Source: Armatimonadota bacterium (lineage in GTDB: Bacteria; Armatimonadota; SYMT01). From it: a stretch of 64,000 bases of DNA. A program made the position numbers and the translations under genes. This document shows, piece by piece, positions 21,661 to 31,845 of this stretch (the stretch's first letter is position 1; the number at the start of each line of letters is the position of its first letter). The notes under the pieces were generated by a model. It worked only from the letters and a program-made list of their open reading frames with translations. It was not told the origin of the DNA and searched no databases. The stretch lies in contig JAWLHY010000012.1 of NCBI GenBank assembly GCA_041690135.1, positions 128,001 to 192,000 of the forward strand. Direction: 5' to 3'.

Positions 21661-21899
21661 GGGAGTGGTTCCAAAGATTGGCGGATAGCGGGGGGAACGA
21701 AGCCCACAGGACAGTTAGGCGGAGATATGGGGGGCCCCTCTTCCTCGTGGTGCTGAGGAGTTCGGGAATGCAGGACAGGGTATTGGGGGCGTTGCTTGCG
21801 AGGGAGCGGGGGCAGTATGGAAGTAGCGTGGCAAGGGACCAGCGGGTGTGGGGAGAGAGGGAAGGCATCCGCTGGGGCGGTGGTGAAAGCTCTCCACAA

Positions 21900-22299
21900 A
21901 TCCGATTTCGTGGGCAATGGGATCACTTCCCCCGCGCCCCAGCATGACGGCGCCCGCGCGATCCAGTTTCTGCGGTCGAAAGCCGGGGAATGGAATCTCG
22001 ATCCGAAGCGCTTCGCGGCCTTTGGGGGCTCTGCGGGAACCGGCATTTCCCTCTGGACCGGGCTCCACGACGACCTGGCGGACCCCAAGAGCTCCGACCC
22101 GGTGTTCATGATCTACAACGAGCCGGACGAGGACCTTCCCGCCGGGGTGCGTCCGGGCCAGGGAATCCGTCACCCGCGGTTCGCACGTCTCCTTTCCGAG
22201 CAGATGGACCGGCTCGGCCTCCCCTGGGCCTATCGGCACACGCGGGACGGGAAGGGCGGCAACCCCCAGCGGGAGACGCTGGAGTTCTTCAAAAGGTAA
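21900..22299 (+). pseudogene. Alpha/beta hydrolase (esterase) remnant, N-terminally truncated with probable internal deletion
   Basis: [31 protein letters not shown] nucleophile elbow, running directly into a C-terminal-type segment (PVFMIYNE...GIRHPRF); far too short for the fold. Confidence 0.6.
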
Positions 22300-22336
22300 T
22301 CAAAGGTTGACCAAGGGTAGGGCGAAGGCTGGATCA

Positions 22337-25054
22337 ATGCAGATCACCGCACCGGACCTTCTCGAGCAGATCACCGACGCGTTCTACGCGCTCGATGCCG
22401 ACTGGCGCTTCACCTATATCAACCGGCATGCGGAGCAACTCTGGGGCCGCAACCGTGAGGAGCTACTGGGTAGGCGGATCTGGGACGTGTTTCCCGAGGC
22501 AGTTGGGTCGGAATCCTACCACGCGCATCAGCGCGCGGCGCGAGAGCGGACCGTGGTGCGGACCGAGGCGCTGTCCCCGGTGATCCACGGCTGGATCGCA
22601 GTAACGGTTTATCCGCTCGACGAGGGCCTGACTGTCTATTTCTGCGACATCTCCGAAAAGAAGCAACTGGAAGAAGAGTTCCACGTTGCCCGAGAGCGAC
22701 TCTCGATGGCGCTGGCGGCCGCCCATATCGCCGCCTGGGGATGGGATCTGCAAACCGATCGCACCTTTTACACCGAAAATGCGGAAGAGGTGTTCGGCAT
22801 TAGAGACGACAGTCCTCCCGAGGCGTTCCAGCAGTTGATCGTGCCGGAGGATCTGCCGCGCATCCGCGAAGCGATGGATCAAGCTTTGCGAGGAGAGGGC
22901 GACTACCACGAAGAGTACCGGATCATCCGACCCGATGGGCTCCTTCGATGGGTGGCGAGCCAGGGCCGGCTGCTTTCCAGAGGGGGAGAAGAGCGGATTC
23001 GGTTCGCCGGGGTTTCCCAGGATATTACCACCCGCAAGGAAGCGGAAACGACGCTGCGGGAGAGTGAGAGTTATTTCCGGACGCTGGCGGAGGCCCTGCC
23101 GCAGATCGTGTGGACCGCCGGCCCAGATGGGGTAGTGGACTACTATAACCACCGGATGGTGACCTACTGCGGTGTGGTGCGCGAAGAAATGTATGTCACC
23201 GGCTGGCGGACGGTGCTGCATCCCGACGACCGACAGGTGACTCTGGATGCCTGGGAAGAGGCGGTCCGCACGGGACAACCCTACGAGATCGAGCACCGGG
23301 TTCGCCGGGCGGACGGGGAGTACCGGTGGCACCTGAGCCGGGGTATCCCGGTGCGCGATGCTGAAGGACAGATCGTGCGGTGGTTCGGCACGGCCACCGA
23401 TACCCACGAACAGAAACGCGTCCTGGAGGAACTGCGCATCAATGAGGAACGGCTGCGGCTGGCGGCGCAGGCAGCCAACTTCGGCACCTATGATATCGAC
23501 CTCGTCACCGGTGCAGTCTACTGGTCCCCCGAACTGCGAGAGTTATTCGGAATTCCCGAAAACGGACGGGTGATCCAGGCGCCGGATACCCCGCCCACCC
23601 ATACGCACCCGGCGGACTGGGAGCGGGTGATGGCGGCGGTGCGGGCGGCGAGAGATCCCGGGGGCGACGGCAACTTCGCGGTGGAGCACCGCGTGCTGCG
23701 GCCGGATGGCACCGTCCGCTGGGTGATGGCGCAAGGAAAGACGTGGTTCGTGGGAGAAGGAGCGGACCGTCGCGCGGTGCGGGCGACCGGTACCGTGCTC
23801 GACATGACCGAGCGGAAGCGCCTGGAAGAGAAGCTGCGGCAAACCGCGGCCGATCTTGCGGAAGCGGACCGCCGGAAAGACGAGTTCCTGGCGATGCTGG
23901 CACACGAACTGCGCAACCCGCTGGCTCCTATTCTGAATGCGGCCTATGTACTGGGACGGCGCGGCGCCGCCGATCCTGCGGTACAGCGACACAGTCAGGT
24001 GATCGATCGACAGGTCCGGCACATGGCCCGCCTGCTGGATGATCTGTTGGACGTGGCGCGTATCACGCGCGGCAAGATCGCGCTGCGCCGGGAAACGCTG
24101 GACCTGAGCGCCGCGCTGGAGCCCGTGCTCGAAGGCATCCGGCCCCTGATCGAGGAGCGGGGGCATACACTTACCGTCAACGTTCCCGCGGAGCCGGTAC
24201 GATTGGAGGCGGATCCTGCCCGCCTGCACCAGATCGTGGACAACTTGCTCCAGAATGCCGCCAAGTACACGGAGCCCGGCGGCCGCATCTTCCTGACGGT
24301 GGCGGTGGAAGGTGAGGAAGCCGTGCTACGGGTGCGGGATACGGGAATCGGTATCCCGGCGGAGGTACTGCCGCGGATCTTCGATCTCTTCACGCAGGCA
24401 GACCGCACGCTGGCCCGCTCCGAAGGGGGACTCGGCATCGGGCTAACGATGGTCCGGCGGTTGGTTGAGATGCACGGTGGGGCGGTGACGGCCGCCAGTG
24501 CCGGGCCGGGACGAGGCAGTGAATTCACCGTGCGACTGCCCCGGTCGACGGCGGAGAGACGGAGGCCGGACGAGGGGGAGCCGGAAAGGGCTTCGGAGCC
24601 AGCGGCCGCACCTCCCCCGGTGCAATCCGGGGAGCAAGCGGATCGGACCGGTGAACCGAAAACGAGCCGAACCGGCCAGCCATTCCGGGTATTGGCCGTT
24701 GAGGACAATCTCGACACGGCGGAGAGTCTACGGGAACTGATGGAACTGTGGGGCTACGAGGTGCGGGTGGTCCACACCGGCAGCGAGGGACTGGCCGCCG
24801 CCGGCGCTTTCCAGCCGCACGTGATCCTCCTCGATATCGGCCTGCCGGGAATGGACGGATACGCGGTGGCCCAGGAGCTGCGTAGAGCGTGGCGCGACGC
24901 GGAGGGAAACGCCGCAATCCTGATCGCGCTGACGGGGTATGGGCAGGACGAAGACCGGCGACGCGCCCTGGCCGCCGGTTTCCATTTCCACCTGACCAAA
25001 CCGGTGGACCCGGAGGAACTCCGGCGTACCCTGGCCACCGTTCTCCAACGGTAA
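22337..25054 (+). CDS. Hybrid sensor histidine kinase (4 PAS, HisKA, HATPase, REC)
   Basis: PAS/PAC repeats, EFLAMLAHELRNPL, NAAKYT, DTGIG, GLGIGL, LDIGLPGMDG. Confidence 0.95.
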   Translation: MQITAPDLLEQITDAFYALDADWRFTYINRHAEQLWGRNREELLGRRIWDVFPEAVGSESYHAHQRAARERTVVRTEALSPVIHGWIAVTVYPLDEGLTVYFCDISEKKQLEEEFHVARERLSMALAAAHIAAWGWDLQTDRTFYTENAEEVFGIRDDSPPEAFQQLIVPEDLPRIREAMDQALRGEGDYHEEYRIIRPDGLLRWVASQGRLLSRGGEERIRFAGVSQDITTRKEAETTLRESESYFRTLAEALPQIVWTAGPDGVVDYYNHRMVTYCGVVREEMYVTGWRTVLHPDDRQVTLDAWEEAVRTGQPYEIEHRVRRADGEYRWHLSRGIPVRDAEGQIVRWFGTATDTHEQKRVLEELRINEERLRLAAQAANFGTYDIDLVTGAVYWSPELRELFGIPENGRVIQAPDTPPTHTHPADWERVMAAVRAARDPGGDGNFAVEHRVLRPDGTVRWVMAQGKTWFVGEGADRRAVRATGTVLDMTERKRLEEKLRQTAADLAEADRRKDEFLAMLAHELRNPLAPILNAAYVLGRRGAADPAVQRHSQVIDRQVRHMARLLDDLLDVARITRGKIALRRETLDLSAALEPVLEGIRPLIEERGHTLTVNVPAEPVRLEADPARLHQIVDNLLQNAAKYTEPGGRIFLTVAVEGEEAVLRVRDTGIGIPAEVLPRIFDLFTQADRTLARSEGGLGIGLTMVRRLVEMHGGAVTAASAGPGRGSEFTVRLPRSTAERRRPDEGEPERASEPAAAPPPVQSGEQADRTGEPKTSRTGQPFRVLAVEDNLDTAESLRELMELWGYEVRVVHTGSEGLAAAGAFQPHVILLDIGLPGMDGYAVAQELRRAWRDAEGNAAILIALTGYGQDEDRRRALAAGFHFHLTKPVDPEELRRTLATVLQR

Positions 25055-25586
25055 CCCGAGTATTGGCAATGGGGGCGGGTATTCCAGGGTGTCACCCCTT
25101 TGGGGCCGGTTGCCGCGCGGGTTCGCAGTTGCCGGGGTGAGGGGAGGCTCACACCGCATAACGGGCTACAAGATCACGGCCCGGCGGGTTGCCGATGTGG
25201 CGGGGAAAGGCGCACACGGCCGGACCGGTGCAAGGGCAGGGCCAGGCGGGGACGGAGATCCCGCCCTACTTTTGCGGGTGCAAGGACAGAGGCCGTACCG
25301 TTCGCCAGGAGCTTTGGGGCAGGCATTTGATCCTGGTGGGTTGCCGTGGTGCATTCCGGGTGCGGATGCAAGATCCTGGTCGGGGACAGCCCTAGCTTTG
25401 CCGGGTGTACGACCGCGACCCTACTGTCTGCGTTATGGCTACCGGGGTGCATTCTGGGTGAGGAAGCATGGGGTCTGGTCGGGGTCGGGACCTGACTGGC
25501 AGGAGATATGCCAGAGAGGAGTGGAGGGCGGGTGTCCCCAATTTGAGCGTGAGCGGCGGTGTGGCCGTGAACCTGCAGGAGTGGGT

Positions 25587-26957
25587 ATGAGCGAAGAACA
25601 GAGCTTGCGGATGTCGCGCCGACAGGTCTTGAAGACCGCGACGGCGGCAGGGGTCGGTGCGATCGGATTTCCCACGGTGGTGCCGGCGGCGGCGCTGGGG
25701 CGGGACGGAAAAGTCGCACCGAGCAACCGGATTACGCTGGGGATCATTGGGACGGGGAACCAGGGGCTGAACGATCTCCGCAGTTTTCTACGTGACGAAC
25801 GGGTGCAGGTGGTCGCGGTCTGCGATGTGAACCGCGAGGGGCCGGGCTACTGGAACGGCGGGATCGCCGGTCGGGAACCGACCCGGCGGCTGGTGGACGG
25901 CCACTACACCCAACAGCGAGAGAGGGGCACCTACCGGGGCTGTGACGCCCTGACCGACTTTCGGGAACTGATCGCCCGGCCCGATATCGACGCCGTGGAG
26001 GTCTGCACTCCGGACCACTGGCACGCCATTCCGGTGGTGATGGCGGCCCGCGCCGGTAAGGACATCTACTGCCAGAAGCCACTCTCCCTGACGGTGGCGG
26101 AAGGGCGCGCGATGAGCGACGCCGTGCGCGGGAGCGGGGTGGTGTTCCAGACCGGAAGCCAGCAGCGGTCCGATGCCAATTTCCGCCGCGCCGCCGAGCT
26201 GGTCCGCAATGGGCGCATCGGGAAGGTGCATACCGTACGCTGCGGACTTCCGGGCGGGCGTCCGGATTTCGGCAAGACCGGGGATCGGAAGAAACCGGAA
26301 GCGGTACCCCCGGGTTTCGACTATGACATGTGGTTGGGCCCCGCGCCGGAAGCCCCCTATTCCCCAGCCCGGTGCCACGTGAACTTTCGCTGGATCTATG
26401 ACTACTCCGGTGGGCAAGTGACGGACTGGGGCGGTCACCATCCGGACTGTGCCCAGTGGGGCCTGGGTACGGAGTACACCGGCCCCGTGGAGATCCGGAA
26501 TGCGAAGGCCAGCTTCCCGGAGGACCCACTGTGGAACACCGCCACCGACTTCTACTTCGAAGCGATCTACGCCGACGGGGTCAAGCTGATCCTCTCGAAC
26601 AAAGAGCGAGGTGGCGTCACCTGGGAAGGCACCGAGGGCAAGGTGTGGGCAAACCGCGGGCAGCATGACGCGGAGCCTAAAGGGATTCTGAACTCACAAA
26701 TCGATCCGAACGAAGTCCGGCTCTACGAGAGCAACGACCATTTCCGGGATTTCATCGACTGTGTCATCGCGCGTAAGGAACCGGTGGCCCCGGTGGAGGT
26801 GGCGCATCGCTCCATCACCATTTGCCATCTCGGCAATATTGCGATGCGGTTAGGGCGCGAATCGCTCAAATGGGACCCGGAACGAGAGCAGATTATCAAT
26901 GATCCGGAGGCAGCCAAGATGCTGAGCCGCCCCTACCGAGGTACGTGGAAACTCTAA
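25587..26957 (+). CDS. Gfo/Idh/MocA family oxidoreductase with Tat signal
   Basis: SRRQVLK, GIIGTGNQG, TPDHWH, YCQKP, DWGGHH. Confidence 0.92.
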   Translation: MSEEQSLRMSRRQVLKTATAAGVGAIGFPTVVPAAALGRDGKVAPSNRITLGIIGTGNQGLNDLRSFLRDERVQVVAVCDVNREGPGYWNGGIAGREPTRRLVDGHYTQQRERGTYRGCDALTDFRELIARPDIDAVEVCTPDHWHAIPVVMAARAGKDIYCQKPLSLTVAEGRAMSDAVRGSGVVFQTGSQQRSDANFRRAAELVRNGRIGKVHTVRCGLPGGRPDFGKTGDRKKPEAVPPGFDYDMWLGPAPEAPYSPARCHVNFRWIYDYSGGQVTDWGGHHPDCAQWGLGTEYTGPVEIRNAKASFPEDPLWNTATDFYFEAIYADGVKLILSNKERGGVTWEGTEGKVWANRGQHDAEPKGILNSQIDPNEVRLYESNDHFRDFIDCVIARKEPVAPVEVAHRSITICHLGNIAMRLGRESLKWDPEREQIINDPEAAKMLSRPYRGTWKL

Positions 26958-27171
26958 CAGGTTCTACTTTCATGGGATGGGGATTCGCGCGAATCCCCAC
27001 GTTTACAAGGGGATTTCACCGCGACTTGTGAATCTGACTCCGGTAAACGTGCTGTGTAGAAGAGGAACAACAGCCATTTCGCATCCGAGCCGAAATTAAC
27101 TCTTGTATCTCGTCGCACAGCGAATAAATTGATAGTGGAGAGGGAGTGCGACTCCCAGTAGGGGCACAATC

Positions 27172-27483
27172 ATGGCAACCATCGAAGAAGGAATGCGACG
27201 CCTGGAGGAAACGGCCGACGCCATCGCCGGACGCCTCGGGGCCAAGGTCCACCACACGGAGTGGGCGCTGGGGGGGAAGGGATACCGGTTCATCGTCGAT
27301 CTGCATCCCGACCGCGTGCGCTCGGCGCGGACGGAGTTCAGCCTGACGGAACTGGCCGGATACGGGGGGGAAGGCAAGGAGGGTCTCGACCAGCGTCTGG
27401 AAGACGCGATCAAGATTTCCCTGGACAAGCTGAACATCCGCGCGTCGCGGCTGGGCGGCGCCAAGCGATTGCCGGGCGAGTAA
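27172..27483 (+). CDS. Hypothetical protein (103 aa)
   Basis: Clean ORF with GC-rich third positions filling an intergenic gap. Confidence 0.6.
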   Translation: MATIEEGMRRLEETADAIAGRLGAKVHHTEWALGGKGYRFIVDLHPDRVRSARTEFSLTELAGYGGEGKEGLDQRLEDAIKISLDKLNIRASRLGGAKRLPGE

Positions 27484-27603
27484 CCGCCGGGAACATCCGG
27501 GGACTTTCCGTAAGGGAGGTCGACCCGCCCCGGATGCTTCCGCGCGGACCTACTGAGCCTGCCAAGAAGCACACGCTACGGTTGGGCAAGTAAAAGCCTG
27601 TCT

Positions 27604-28605
27604 TTACGCGTGGGGCCAGGCTTCCCCGCCAGGGGCAGGTGGCGGAAGAATGGGCCAGAGCGCTTCGAGACTTTGCCACACTTCGCCGGGCAATTGCGCC
27701 TGGGCGGCAGCCACGTTGCGCTCCACTTCCGAAGCCGTACGTGGACCCACCAGGGTAACGGCAAAGCGGGGCTCGCGAAGGCTGAACTGCATGGCGACCG
27801 CCGCCAAGTCCACTCCCATTGCCGCGGCCCAGCGATGAAGCTGCCGTGCCCGCTCCAGATCGGCCGGCTGCGAATGCCAGTCGCGAATCCGTTCCATCTC
27901 GTCCATGGCGGCTTCCGAGCCCGCCGCCAACAGTCCCCCGTGGAAGGGGGAGGCGTTCACGAGGGCCAGGTCACGCGCGTGGGCAAGCGGAATGATCTCC
28001 GCCAGGGCCGTGGTGCGGACCAAGCTGTAGTCGTAGGTGGTCTGGATAATGTCGAACCGACCGTCCAGTATTGCGGCTTTCAACTGGGCATGCCCGTGGA
28101 CGCCGATACCGGTGGCGCCGATGAGGCCTTCCTCCCGGAGACGGGCCAGCGTATCGATCCCTCCACCTGGTTCCAGAACCTGCGTCATACGGAGGGGATC
28201 GTGGATGAGAACGGCGTCCAGGTAGTCCGTTTGCAGCATCCGCAGGCTGTTCTCCACGGACCAGCGGATGCCGTCCGCCGAGTAGTCACCGCGTCGGGTT
28301 GGATGGGTGCCGGCCTTGGTGACGAGGCGGAAGCGGTCGCGCCACCTACCACCTTCGGGGTGCGGACGGCTGAGGGACAGGCCGATTCGCCGCTCGCTTT
28401 CACCGTAATGCGGCGAGGTGTCGAGATAATCGATCCCAAGTTCGGTCGCGCGGTAGATCGCTTCAGCGGCGGCGGCATCCTGGGTGTCGCGGTCGGCACC
28501 GGGGATCACTCCCAGCCAGGCGCCGCCCAGACCGAGGGCCGCAACCTCGTATCCCAGGCGTCCGAGACGGTGACGGGGAAGGGGGCCGGCGGTAGGGGTA
28601 CTCAT
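27604..28605 (-). CDS. Aldo/keto reductase
   Basis: LGLGGA, YLDTSPHYGESE, TKAG, DYLDAVLIHDP. Confidence 0.92.
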   Translation of the reverse strand: MSTPTAGPLPRHRLGRLGYEVAALGLGGAWLGVIPGADRDTQDAAAAEAIYRATELGIDYLDTSPHYGESERRIGLSLSRPHPEGGRWRDRFRLVTKAGTHPTRRGDYSADGIRWSVENSLRMLQTDYLDAVLIHDPLRMTQVLEPGGGIDTLARLREEGLIGATGIGVHGHAQLKAAILDGRFDIIQTTYDYSLVRTTALAEIIPLAHARDLALVNASPFHGGLLAAGSEAAMDEMERIRDWHSQPADLERARQLHRWAAAMGVDLAAVAMQFSLREPRFAVTLVGPRTASEVERNVAAAQAQLPGEVWQSLEALWPILPPPAPGGEAWPHA

Positions 28606-31600
28606 AGTTGCTTCCACTGGTTCCAGCGCTCAGCGCGGGCGATCCGCCCCGCCAGAGCCTGGGCGGCGGCCGCAAGCCGTTGATCGACGATGGGAGTTTC
28701 GGCCAGCGCCAGAACGGCTTTCGAGAGCTTTACCGCCTTACCGCTACCGGGCAGGGCCTGCAGCGCCGCGCGAGTTTCGGGATGGGATACGGCGGCCCCG
28801 GACTGAACACATAATTGCTGTAGTAGCTGCAGGAGCGCGCCGAGATCGACCGGGCGCTGATCGGCGGCCGTCACCAGGCCAAGCTCGAGCCCCTGGCGGA
28901 CCGTTTCCGCATGCAGCGGAGAGCTGCGGGCTACCTCGCCGAGGGTTTTGGCCAGGCGCGCACCTTTGACCGGTTGGGTAACCAGCAAGCCGTTGGCGGC
29001 TGCATCCGGACTGGAAGCGGACACGCGTGCCGGATCCTGCTGCCGCAGGTAGAGCCGGCGTTGCCGGGCGGCGGGACCCTCGTTGGTCCATACGAGCGTC
29101 TCCCGCAGCAACTCTCCCAACCAGGGCGCGGTGAGACGGCCGTCGGAAATCGCGGTGATGGCGATATCGGTCGCCAGGCTGCTCTCGCCGGACTCTTTGG
29201 CACCCAGGCCGTACAGAAGCAGACGACCTTCCATCGCACCCAGGTGGGTATCGGGGTTGAGGAGCACCTCGAGCCACACCCGGTTAGCCCACTGGGCTTC
29301 GTACCAGTCAATGTTGTCGAGGAGCGCGTAGGCGCCCGTAGTACACCAGGCCTCTCGCGAGAGCGGCCAGACCGTGGCGCACCAGCGTTGATCGGCGGGG
29401 GAGCGCTCCCAACGGTTTTCGCGGCCGACATCCACGTAATGGAGGACGGTGGCAAGGTCCAGGGGAGCGGTCTCCGGGATGGCCGGATCGGTGACCAGGT
29501 AGGGTTGGACCCACGTGTGGTCGGAGTAACTTGAGGAAAGGCTGCGAAACCGGATCTCCGCTTGCGGCATCCGGCTCGCTCCGGGCCCCAATCCCGGATG
29601 GCGAGCTTCCAGGGCCGGATCGTCGCTCCAGGGAGCGCGGGCACGGGAGGCGGCGACCCAGAGGGCGGCAGTCGGGCCGATCTCCAACCCTTCCCCGCCC
29701 AGGGCGTAGCGGACGGCGTCTCCCAGTTCTCCGCGGAGATCTCCCGCCTCCGCAAGAGCTTCCGCGCGGCCATCCGGCGCGAGACGCAGGAGCGCGAGAG
29801 CCGCCTCGAAGCGGACCTGGGTTTCGGGTGTGTCCCCGAGTTGCGCCCGGACGGCTGGGGAGAGGGTGGGCGCCGGAGGGAGGCCCGCCTGCCATTCCCG
29901 CACGCGCGCCACCAGTACCCGGGGCTCGATCCAGCCGCCGGAGTGCGTGGGCGCACCCAGGAGCGGCGCTGTCTGGCCCGCGGAAGCCCGGACGGAGAGG
30001 GCCAGGATGCGCATGGAGAGGAAGGCCGGCAGGCCGGTCTGGGGCTCACTGGGGGGATCCGGCACCTGCCCCGTCAGCCAGGCAGTGGCGAGCCGGGCCA
30101 GATCTTCCCGCAACGAGGTCTTCGTTTTCCCCAGCAGGTTTCCGGCCCGCTTGCGAAGCGGGGCAACACGGGCCTCCCAACCCTCCGAGCGCTCCCCGCA
30201 CAGGCGCGAGACCCCCTCCAGGACCCGTTCGACGTCATCCGGAGGGCCGTCGTTCTCCAGCACGCGGGAGAACAGTTCCAGAAGCGTGTCCAGGTCGCGG
30301 ACGGGGGAGAGGCGAGTGGATGGATCGAGGCGCGGGAAGGCGAGCGACCGGAGATCCAGGGGCGGAAGGTCCAGTGAGGCAGCTTGCGCGTGCTGCAGGG
30401 CCGCTTCCACGCCGGCAAGAGCCCGGTAGCTTGGGGGCAGCGTTTCGGCCTGAGCAATGAAGGCAGAGAGGGCCGCAGAAGCGGAGGGCGCATTCGTGTT
30501 GGAGGCCTCCGCTTCCGAACCGGTTGCGGCACCCGCCCCCAGCCAGACCTCCAACCGGCCGCGCAGGGAGGGGGCTACGCCCTCCAACAGATCCCGGAGA
30601 CGCGCCGTCAACTCCGGATTCGCAGGATCACCCTGCTTTTCGAGGAGGTCCAGCGCGAGCCCCTGGACCTCCGGCGATTCGTGGAAGAGGGCTTCCGTCG
30701 CGATCGAGGCTCCGCGGGCGGCGAGCGCGGGCTGCCGGCGGAGGGCACGTTCGAGGAGCTTGAGGGCCTGGGTGACGGTGCCCTTCTCCCGGGCCGAAAG
30801 TGCCGATACTATCTGATCCAGAAGGCGATCGTCCGGCAGCGCACCCGCTTTATCGACGACGGCGAGAGCCCGGAGGGCAAAGGCGACCGTGGGAGGGATG
30901 GGGTTGCCAAGGAGAGCGAGGTAGGTCTCAACCCGGGCGGCACGTTCCTCCGGGGTAGGTGCGAGCGCTTCGTGGAAGCGGCTGAACCAGCCCACGCGGA
31001 ACTGCGAGAAGTCCCGCTGGAGTGCCTGTAAACTGGCGTCGAGGAGTCGCTGTCGATCAAGCTGGCCTTCCTGCGACAGCGTAAGGAGCGCGGCCGTCCA
31101 GCCTGCCGAGCGTCCCTTGCCGTACTTGTCGCGGGCAGCGAGGCTGTCTTCTCCGCCACCCTCCACTTCGAACAGGCGCCAGACTTCGTGCTCCAGCAAC
31201 TCCGGATCGCTGCGGAGGAGCTCCAGTGGGTCTTTCGGCCAGACCCAGCCGAGCATGGCCGTGGTGTAGGCATCGCACGACGGCCGTGGGAGGAGGCCCT
31301 CACGAACCATCCGGCGGACGTACAGCCAAACCCCCCTCTGCTCCTGGAGGGCCCACTCGGCCCACTCGGCCAACCAGGTGGGATGTCGTTCCACCAAGGC
31401 CTGGTAGGCGAGATCGCACAGAAAGAACGCTTTCCAGCCCAGGCGCTTTAGCTCGCCGAGGGTGGTCGTGGCCAGTAAGCCTACGGCCGCGGCGTTATAA
31501 ACCAACTGCTGCTCTTCGTGCGTATCCGGGAAGGGAAAACCGGGGGGCGGCACCTGGTTCATGCGGCGGTCGCATGAAACCTCTTGCCAGCGCCGGGCGA

Positions 31601-31709
31601 TCGACGCCACCGCGCGACGCTCGTCTTCGGAGACACCGGCGAACAACTCACGCACCTGTTCGGGACGGCCGGTGCGAATTGCTTCTTCGAGAGTCGCAGC
31701 TGTCAACAT
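28602..31709 (-). CDS. Large helical/HEAT-like protein, DUF6493-like
   Basis: DPELLEHEVWRLFEVEG, LDRQRLLDASL, LLGAPTHSGGWIEPRVLV motifs recalled for this family. Confidence 0.65.
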   Translation of the reverse strand: MLTAATLEEAIRTGRPEQVRELFAGVSEDERRAVASIARRWQEVSCDRRMNQVPPPGFPFPDTHEEQQLVYNAAAVGLLATTTLGELKRLGWKAFFLCDLAYQALVERHPTWLAEWAEWALQEQRGVWLYVRRMVREGLLPRPSCDAYTTAMLGWVWPKDPLELLRSDPELLEHEVWRLFEVEGGGEDSLAARDKYGKGRSAGWTAALLTLSQEGQLDRQRLLDASLQALQRDFSQFRVGWFSRFHEALAPTPEERAARVETYLALLGNPIPPTVAFALRALAVVDKAGALPDDRLLDQIVSALSAREKGTVTQALKLLERALRRQPALAARGASIATEALFHESPEVQGLALDLLEKQGDPANPELTARLRDLLEGVAPSLRGRLEVWLGAGAATGSEAEASNTNAPSASAALSAFIAQAETLPPSYRALAGVEAALQHAQAASLDLPPLDLRSLAFPRLDPSTRLSPVRDLDTLLELFSRVLENDGPPDDVERVLEGVSRLCGERSEGWEARVAPLRKRAGNLLGKTKTSLREDLARLATAWLTGQVPDPPSEPQTGLPAFLSMRILALSVRASAGQTAPLLGAPTHSGGWIEPRVLVARVREWQAGLPPAPTLSPAVRAQLGDTPETQVRFEAALALLRLAPDGRAEALAEAGDLRGELGDAVRYALGGEGLEIGPTAALWVAASRARAPWSDDPALEARHPGLGPGASRMPQAEIRFRSLSSSYSDHTWVQPYLVTDPAIPETAPLDLATVLHYVDVGRENRWERSPADQRWCATVWPLSREAWCTTGAYALLDNIDWYEAQWANRVWLEVLLNPDTHLGAMEGRLLLYGLGAKESGESSLATDIAITAISDGRLTAPWLGELLRETLVWTNEGPAARQRRLYLRQQDPARVSASSPDAAANGLLVTQPVKGARLAKTLGEVARSSPLHAETVRQGLELGLVTAADQRPVDLGALLQLLQQLCVQSGAAVSHPETRAALQALPGSGKAVKLSKAVLALAETPIVDQRLAAAAQALAGRIARAERWNQWKQL

Positions 31710-31747
31710 AGTGGTTGGGGGTTAGGGGTCAGGGGCTGGGGGTTGGA

Positions 31748-31830
31748 GTGAGTAGGAGTAAGAGTAAGAGTAGGAGTAGGAGTAGGAGTAGGAGTAGGAG
31801 TAGGAGTAGGAGTAGGAGTAGGAGTAGGAG
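31748..31830. repeat. (GGAGTA/GAGTAA)n hexamer microsatellite
   Basis: Read directly. Confidence 0.92.
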
Positions 31831-31845
31831 TTCGGTTGTTAGTTG

